From: Chloroherpetonaceae bacterium
GTDB lineage: Bacteria > Bacteroidota > Chlorobiia > Chlorobiales > Chloroherpetonaceae
DNA: 64,000 bases
Direction of reading: 5' to 3'
Assembly (NCBI GenBank): GCA_028277445.1
Contig: JANQGG010000064.1
Location: 3,124 to 67,123 of the forward strand
In this document: piece after piece, positions 58,057-64,000 of the stretch
Layout: each line of letters opens with the position of its first letter
Position numbering within the stretch: the first letter of the stretch is position 1
The notes under the pieces: generated by a model
The model's input: the letters and a program-made list of their open reading frames with translations, nothing else
What the model was told of the DNA's origin: nothing
Database searches by the model: none
Program-made: the position numbers and the translations under genes

Positions 58057-59337
58057 TAACCCTTTTTGACCGATATCTTTTCTATAGTAAGCCCCTGCGA
58101 AGCTAATTTTTTCAATTCCACGATAGGCATGAGACAATGCTTCTTTAAGTGTATCGCCGATGGCTGTAACCGATAGCACTCTTCCGCCGGAAGTGACTAA
58201 ATGCGAATTTTCCGACCGGGTTCCAGCATGAAAAACCATAAGCCCCTTTTCATTGTTTATCCGATCTAAACCGATGATCTCATTTCCGGTTTTATATTCA
58301 TCAGGGTAGCCGCCCGAAGCCATAACCACTGTTGCAGCCGTTTTTGGTAATAACTCAATGGTTTCATCGGATAATCGCTCTTCAACGGAAGCTAAGATCA
58401 AATCCAACAGCGAGGTTTTAAGCAAAGGCAGAACCACCTGAGCTTCGGGATCGCCTAAACGTGCATTAAATTCAACGACGCGTGGCTGGTTGTTTTCTAT
58501 CATTAAACCAACGTATAAGAACCCTTTGTAAGGATTGCCTTCCTCAGACATAAACGTTAAAACAGGCTCAATAATTTGTTTTTTAACTTTTTCAATAACA
58601 TCATCATTGACAATAAATGTTGGGGGCGGTGCGTATGCGCCCATACCGCCGGTATTTTTTCCGGTATCGCCTTCGCCAATTCGTTTATGATCCTGAGCCG
58701 GAGAAAGCAATTTGTAGCTTTTGCCATCGGTAATCGCAAAAATACTGGCCTCCTGGCCCGTCATGCATTCTTCAATAATCACTTCATTGGCCGCATCGCC
58801 ATGCTTTTTATTTTCAAAAAGATCGATTAATGTCATCAAGGCTTCGGCTTTGCTTTCGGCAATCGTTACGCCTTTTCCACCGGCTAATCCGCTGGCTTTA
58901 ATAACCTGTGGGTATTGATCCTGTTCATGAAAATAGGCCGAAGCTTCGCGATGTGTTCTGAAAATCAAAAACGCAGCCGTTGGAATACTAAGGTGCTTCA
59001 TGAGGTTTTTGGCGTAGGACTTGCTGGTTTCTAATTGCGCCGCTTCTTTTGACGGACCGAAAATTTTTATGTTGTGTTTTTCAAATTCATTCACAATGCC
59101 CAACTCCAACGGTTGCTCCGGTCCAACAACAACCAAATCAATAGCATTGGTCTTTGAAAACTCAATCAAACCATCAATATCGGTAGCTTTGATAGCCACA
59201 TTTTCAACATTTGGGCCCATTTGAGAAATACCGCCATTTCCAGGTGCAACAAAAATTTTTTCTACACGTGAATCTTTATAAAGAGACCAAGCTATGGCGT
59301 GCTCCCTTGCGCCGCTTCCTACGATTAATATTTTCAT
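58054..59337 (-). CDS. purD: Phosphoribosylamine-glycine ligase
   Basis: MKILIVGSGAREHAIAW; ATP-grasp motifs. Confidence 0.93.
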   Translation of the reverse strand: MKILIVGSGAREHAIAWSLYKDSRVEKIFVAPGNGGISQMGPNVENVAIKATDIDGLIEFSKTNAIDLVVVGPEQPLELGIVNEFEKHNIKIFGPSKEAAQLETSKSYAKNLMKHLSIPTAAFLIFRTHREASAYFHEQDQYPQVIKASGLAGGKGVTIAESKAEALMTLIDLFENKKHGDAANEVIIEECMTGQEASIFAITDGKSYKLLSPAQDHKRIGEGDTGKNTGGMGAYAPPPTFIVNDDVIEKVKKQIIEPVLTFMSEEGNPYKGFLYVGLMIENNQPRVVEFNARLGDPEAQVVLPLLKTSLLDLILASVEERLSDETIELLPKTAATVVMASGGYPDEYKTGNEIIGLDRINNEKGLMVFHAGTRSENSHLVTSGGRVLSVTAIGDTLKEALSHAYRGIEKISFAGAYYRKDIGQKGL

Positions 59338-59457
59338 GAAAATTGCATTTGCGCTTGATTGCGAAGTTAAATGAGGGTTACCAAAAAACTGTATAGTAAA
59401 TAAACAAAGTTGTGAATTTCTAAAAGCAATTTTAAATGAGCGCGTTAAAATTTAATG

Positions 59458-60183
59458 TTAATTTTTTGGCGCGTCATTTTTTGGATCAATATCTACAATT
59501 TGAGTTGAGCCGTGCATTTTAAATTTCGGTTGATGAACATCCTTGATTTTTTGCACCACATTTTTTATCCGAAGGCTTTGTTCCAGGCATCGCTCCAGGC
59601 TTTGAATGGTTTTCAGAATATCTTTGTGATGCAAGGTGTTTTTCTTTTCAAGCCTTGATTTTGTCAATTGCAAAAACCCGATCAAACCGGTTAGTGGGTT
59701 GTTAATTTCATGGGCAATTGTGTTTCCCATTTGAGTAAAGGCTTTGTTGCGCTCATGCTCAAATGCTATTTTTTGAAGCAAACAGACCCGGTAGGCAATA
59801 TTGATTCTTGAAATCAGTTCCTGGGTATCAAATGGTTTTGTAATGTAGTCATCGACGCCATTGAGCAAAGCGGTTTCTTTTTCAGCAGAATCGTTACTGG
59901 CCGTAAGCATAATAAAGTAGATATGCGATGTTTCCGGATTGGTTTTGATCTCTTTACAAAACATCAAACCGTCTTCCTTCGGCATTTTCCAATCACAAAT
60001 GATAATGGCGGGTAAAAATTTATGTAGAATTTCTTTAGCCTCTTTAACCGAATGCTTTTGTATGCATTCAAAACCCTGGGGTTGGAGTTGCATGCAAACC
60101 AGCTTTGTGATATCCATATTATCATCTATAACTAAAACTTGTTTAAGAACATCAGCAGCTAAATCCAATTTATCTTGAATCAT
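59458..60183 (-). CDS. Response-regulator receiver fused to a HisKA-like dimerisation/phosphoacceptor domain, with no ATPase domain
   Basis: REC (VLVIDDN...ICDWKMPKEDG...TKP) then the H-box IAHEINNPLTG. The protein ends ~80 aa later with no N/G1/G2 boxes. Confidence 0.75.
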   Translation of the reverse strand: MIQDKLDLAADVLKQVLVIDDNMDITKLVCMQLQPQGFECIQKHSVKEAKEILHKFLPAIIICDWKMPKEDGLMFCKEIKTNPETSHIYFIMLTASNDSAEKETALLNGVDDYITKPFDTQELISRINIAYRVCLLQKIAFEHERNKAFTQMGNTIAHEINNPLTGLIGFLQLTKSRLEKKNTLHHKDILKTIQSLERCLEQSLRIKNVVQKIKDVHQPKFKMHGSTQIVDIDPKNDAPKN

Positions 60184-60265
60184 TTCCCCCTAATTAAAAT
60201 TCAAAAAATCAAGAGCAGGGGGATAAATCCGTATAACAAGTTAAAAATTTATATGGAATAATTCA

Positions 60266-62776
60266 TTACGATTCGGTTGTTTCGGATGGTTTATCCGGCA
60301 ATTTAAGGTTGTGTTCTGCAGATGTGTCTGGTTCAAGAACATAATCAATCAAATCATCCATTTCATGGAAGTATTTAATTGAAAGATATTTTAACACTTC
60401 CGAATTCGTAGATTTAATCTCCTGAATATCTTTTTTATTGCGTTTTGGTAAAAGTACTTCTTTAATACCGGCGCGCTTTGCCGCTAATACTTTTTCTTTA
60501 ATACCTCCCACCGGTAATATTCGTCCCCGAAGTGTGATTTCACCGGTCATGGCTAATTTTGGTTTTACTTTGCGCTGGGTATAGATAGAAGCCAGAGATG
60601 CAAGTATGGTAACCCCAGCCGAAGGACCGTCTTTTGGGATTGAGCCCTGAGGAATATGAACATGGACATCCCAATAACGAAACGCATCATCGGGAATTTT
60701 AAAGTAATCGGCACATGATTTCAGATAGCTCAAAGCCGCCTGGGCGGATTCTTTCATCACTTCTCCAAGTTGCCCGGTTAAAATCAATCGTCCGCTTCCT
60801 TTCATGACGGTGGATTCAAAGAATAGAATGTCGCCGCCTGTTGGCGTCCAAGCCAGCCCAATGGCGATTCCCGAAAGTTCAACCGGTTCGGTAACATCCC
60901 TAAAATAAAGTTCATTGCCTAAATGCTCTTTTATAAATTTTTCAGTTACGGTGAATGCCGGTGATTGCGAATGGTTGACGTTTGCGTTTTTTTCCAGTTT
61001 TAAAACCATATTTTTGGCAATAATTCGGCATACATTGGCAATTTGCCGCTCAAGATTCCTTACGCCGGCTTCGCGAGTATAATCCGAGATGATTTTTTTG
61101 ATGGCGTGATTTTCAAACACAACTGATTCGTTGGGTATGCCGTGCTCTTCGAGCTGACGCGGGATTAGAAATTGATGAGAAATATGCTGTTTCTCGTATT
61201 CGCTATAACCGCTAAGTGGAATAATTTCCATTCGATCACGAAGCGGCGAAGGAATTGTATCCAATGAGTTTGCCGTTGCCAGGAACATGATCTTTGAAAG
61301 ATCGTACGGGATTTCAAGATAGTGATCGCTGAACGAGTAATTTTGGGATGGATCCAAAACCTCAAGCAGGGCCGAGGAGGGATTGCCGCGGAAGTCATGC
61401 CCGATTTTATCAATTTCGTCAAGCATAAAGACCGGGTTGCTGGTTCCGGCGCGTTTTAAACTTTGGATAATTCTACCCGGCATGGCGCCAATGTAAGTTC
61501 GGCGGTGACCGCGAATTTCAGCTTCATCGCGAATACCGCCCAACGATATCCGAACGAATTTTCGGCCCAGCGCTCGTGCAATGGAACGACCAAGCGAAGT
61601 TTTGCCAACCCCCGGAGGGCCGCAAAAGCATAAGATCGGCGCTTTAAGATTTGATTTGAGCTTTAAAACCGCCAGATATTCCAAAATTCGATCTTTAACT
61701 TTCCCAAGCCCATAATGATCCCGATTAAGTATCTGCTCGGATTCATGAAGATTAATATGGGTTTCCGAAAAGGTTGTCCATGGCAAACCCATAATGGTAT
61801 CGATATAATTGCGTGTTAGTGAATAATCCGGCGAGGCTTGGTTTAGTCTCGAAAGCTTATCAATTTCCTTATCCAGAACCAGGTTGACTTCATCGGGGAA
61901 GGATTGGCTTTCTTTGCCCTGACGCAATTTTTGGATATCATGCACATGAACGTCACCTTCGCCCAATTCATTTTGAATGGTTTTCAGTTGCTGGCGAAGT
62001 AAATACTCTTTTTGAGACTGATCAATATCGGTCTTAACTTTGGTTTGGATTTGCTTGGAAAGCTCCAAAACCTGAACCTCGCGATTCAAATACTCAGTAA
62101 GTTTTTCAGCGCGCGTTTTTAAACAGGACGATTCCAAGAGCTTTTGCTTTTCTGGCGCCGGTAAGTTGAGATTGGACGATATAAAATGAATTAGAAACGG
62201 ATGATTCTCAATATTTTGTATCGCATAACTGGCTTCATTCGGAAAATTCGGCGAAAGCTCTATAACCTTAGCCGTAATATGTTTAATAGAACGAGCGTAA
62301 GCATCCAGTTCCAGATCAAGCGATTCGGCCTCTTCTGAGAGTTCAATTTTTGCAACCATGAACGGATCGTACTGCTCAATATCCAGAATCGCAATGCGTT
62401 TGATACCTTGTACAATTAAGCTTGAGGTATTATCCGGCATTTTCAAAACTCTTAAAACCATGCCAATCGTGCCGATGGTGTAGAGATCATGCTCTTGTGG
62501 ATTTTCTATGTCGGAATCTTTTTGCGAGACAAAAACAACCGTGCTATTGGGCTTGAGCGTTTCCAATAAGGTTAATGATCGTTTTCGTGTAATACTAATG
62601 GGTATAATAATATCAGGAAAGAGAACATTGTTTCTTAACGGTAAAACCGGTAGTGTATTTTCAAATTCAAATTCCTGCGGTGTAGATTTAGGTTGCTGAT
62701 TGATGGAATTAACCAAACCATCTAAAATGCCCATAGAGGTAATTCTTTCGAACGCTTCTTTGGCTTTTTCAGGCAT
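60266..62776 (-). CDS. lon: ATP-dependent Lon protease (LonA)
   Basis: GPPGVGKTS Walker A; PKDGPSAGV catalytic Ser; 836 aa. Confidence 0.95.
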   Translation of the reverse strand: MPEKAKEAFERITSMGILDGLVNSINQQPKSTPQEFEFENTLPVLPLRNNVLFPDIIIPISITRKRSLTLLETLKPNSTVVFVSQKDSDIENPQEHDLYTIGTIGMVLRVLKMPDNTSSLIVQGIKRIAILDIEQYDPFMVAKIELSEEAESLDLELDAYARSIKHITAKVIELSPNFPNEASYAIQNIENHPFLIHFISSNLNLPAPEKQKLLESSCLKTRAEKLTEYLNREVQVLELSKQIQTKVKTDIDQSQKEYLLRQQLKTIQNELGEGDVHVHDIQKLRQGKESQSFPDEVNLVLDKEIDKLSRLNQASPDYSLTRNYIDTIMGLPWTTFSETHINLHESEQILNRDHYGLGKVKDRILEYLAVLKLKSNLKAPILCFCGPPGVGKTSLGRSIARALGRKFVRISLGGIRDEAEIRGHRRTYIGAMPGRIIQSLKRAGTSNPVFMLDEIDKIGHDFRGNPSSALLEVLDPSQNYSFSDHYLEIPYDLSKIMFLATANSLDTIPSPLRDRMEIIPLSGYSEYEKQHISHQFLIPRQLEEHGIPNESVVFENHAIKKIISDYTREAGVRNLERQIANVCRIIAKNMVLKLEKNANVNHSQSPAFTVTEKFIKEHLGNELYFRDVTEPVELSGIAIGLAWTPTGGDILFFESTVMKGSGRLILTGQLGEVMKESAQAALSYLKSCADYFKIPDDAFRYWDVHVHIPQGSIPKDGPSAGVTILASLASIYTQRKVKPKLAMTGEITLRGRILPVGGIKEKVLAAKRAGIKEVLLPKRNKKDIQEIKSTNSEVLKYLSIKYFHEMDDLIDYVLEPDTSAEHNLKLPDKPSETTES

Positions 62777-63103
62777 AATGTGTTAGTTACAAGTTTAATT
62801 CAAAGATATTATGGGTTTAAACATACGCCTTTTACTGTTACTGCGGTTAAATAAAAAATGTTATACGCGTTTGAGCTTTATATACCGATGGTATCTTAAT
62901 ACGCATCAATGAAGCAAAAGCTCCAAAAATACTATACTAAAATTATTGAGGGGTTTCGGATTAATACTGGGCTTAATGAATCAACGTAAAAATGATTTAA
63001 AACAATCAGTACATGATCGGTATGCTTAACTATTTAAGTAAACAATTTTTAGTTCAATTCAAGCCTCTTTAGTGAGAAAATCTATTAATAGACATTTTTT
63101 TTC

Positions 63104-63724
63104 GTGAATCTTAACACTTTCTTAAGCAAAACCCTTTTGCCGGGGCTTATGAAATTAAATTTTATTTTGCTACGAAAAACCATTTCTGGCAAGCCAATTG
63201 AGAATTCGAATGAAAAAGGGGTGTTTTTTGCGTTCTGGCACGGAAAAATGCTGGCCGGTTGGTTGCTTTCAAAATCATTGTTCCCGAAAAAAAATCATCT
63301 GGCCGTTGTTAGCCAATCGAAAGATGGCCAGCTCCTGGCCAATGCATTAGAAGCGTTGAAGTTTTCTTTGATTCGCGGTTCAAGTTCAAAAGGCAGCGAG
63401 GCGATTAAGGCGGAAAGTAAAAAAGCCTTGCAATCTTCGGGCGTTGTGGCCATAACGCCCGACGGTCCGAGAGGTCCGAGAGAAACCCTGAAATACGGAT
63501 TGATCCGTATGGCTTCTGAAACCCAAACCCCAATTGTTTTTGCCAAAATTTCCTACCGGGATTCATGGACATTTAAAAAAAGTTGGGACAGGTTCGAAAT
63601 CCCAAAACCGTTTTCTAAAGTAAATATTGATGTGAATCGAATAGACGTCCCGTTGTTTGAAACCGAAGAAGCATTAAAGGCATTTACGCTGAACTTATCC
63701 GAAACGTTGAAATCCGATCAATGA
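63104..63724 (+). CDS. DUF374 family protein (lysophospholipid-acyltransferase-like, LPS-locus associated)
   Basis: FAFWHGKML, SQSKDGQLLA, ITPDGPRGP. Start codon uncertain (GTG at 63104, or ATG at 63149). Its stop overlaps the lpxK start (ATGA). Confidence 0.65.
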   Translation: MNLNTFLSKTLLPGLMKLNFILLRKTISGKPIENSNEKGVFFAFWHGKMLAGWLLSKSLFPKKNHLAVVSQSKDGQLLANALEALKFSLIRGSSSKGSEAIKAESKKALQSSGVVAITPDGPRGPRETLKYGLIRMASETQTPIVFAKISYRDSWTFKKSWDRFEIPKPFSKVNIDVNRIDVPLFETEEALKAFTLNLSETLKSDQ

Positions 63725-64000
63725 TGAACGGACTCTTAAAAGCGTCGTCATATCTCTATGGTGCGATCATGCATTTAAGGAATGCGTTGTTTGATCGTAA
63801 GGTTTTCAAAACACACCCGTCTCCAATTCCGGTAATTTCTATTGGGAATATTTCCGCCGGCGGAACCGGCAAAACGCCTCTGGTGGATTGGGTGACTGGA
63901 TTTTTGTTGAACCAAGGGGTGCGAGTTGCCATTTTATCGCGCGGGTATGGCCGCTCGCTAAAAGGCGTTCAGTTGGTTTCGGATGGCGAGGTTATAAAGC
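63721..64000 (+). CDS. lpxK: Tetraacyldisaccharide 4'-kinase, N-terminal fragment (runs off the right edge)
   Basis: Hand translation MMNGLLKASSYLYGAIMHLRN...PVISIGNISAGGTGKTPLV...RGYG. Confidence 0.8.
   Translation, partial: MMNGLLKASSYLYGAIMHLRNALFDRKVFKTHPSPIPVISIGNISAGGTGKTPLVDWVTGFLLNQGVRVAILSRGYGRSLKGVQLVSDGEVIK

Overview
AT-rich chromosomal window that reads as the core genome of a Chlorobi-like phototroph from the Bacteroidota/Chlorobi/Ignavibacteria group. I found no transposases, integrases, CRISPR arrays or rRNA genes. There are about 50 protein genes and one tRNA-Arg(CCT).

Two photosynthesis-related regions stand out:
- Left end (1-13375, minus strand): a co-directional run of small membrane protein, surface lipoprotein, TonB-dependent receptor, DUF169, BchH-family Mg-chelatase, protoporphyrinogen-oxidase-like flavoprotein, a second small membrane protein (paralog of the first), and a second BchH-family Mg-chelatase. 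The last gene runs off the window edge and is missing from the ORF track.
- 43188-50921 (plus strand): TPR protein, CrtI-family carotenoid desaturase, a CarH/LitR-like HTH plus cobalamin-binding regulator, then the type-I (green-sulfur type) reaction-centre genes pscA and a short pscB.

The rest is housekeeping (purM, purD, lysC, gpsA, plsY, dapF, eno, mutL, lon, scpA, tsaB, tsaE, rsfS, pcm, msrB, lpxK) mixed with many two-component proteins. These include a PorX-like REC-PglZ protein, an NtrC-type activator, a double-REC protein and a REC-HisKA protein with no ATPase domain. There is also a serine-palmitoyltransferase-like/SDR pair and a vWA surface lipoprotein.

The most interesting hypotheses are B12/light-dependent control of a type-I reaction centre, and a tetrapyrrole import/(de)chelation module attached to the BchH paralogs. 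All functional calls come from reading motifs by eye. No database search was run.
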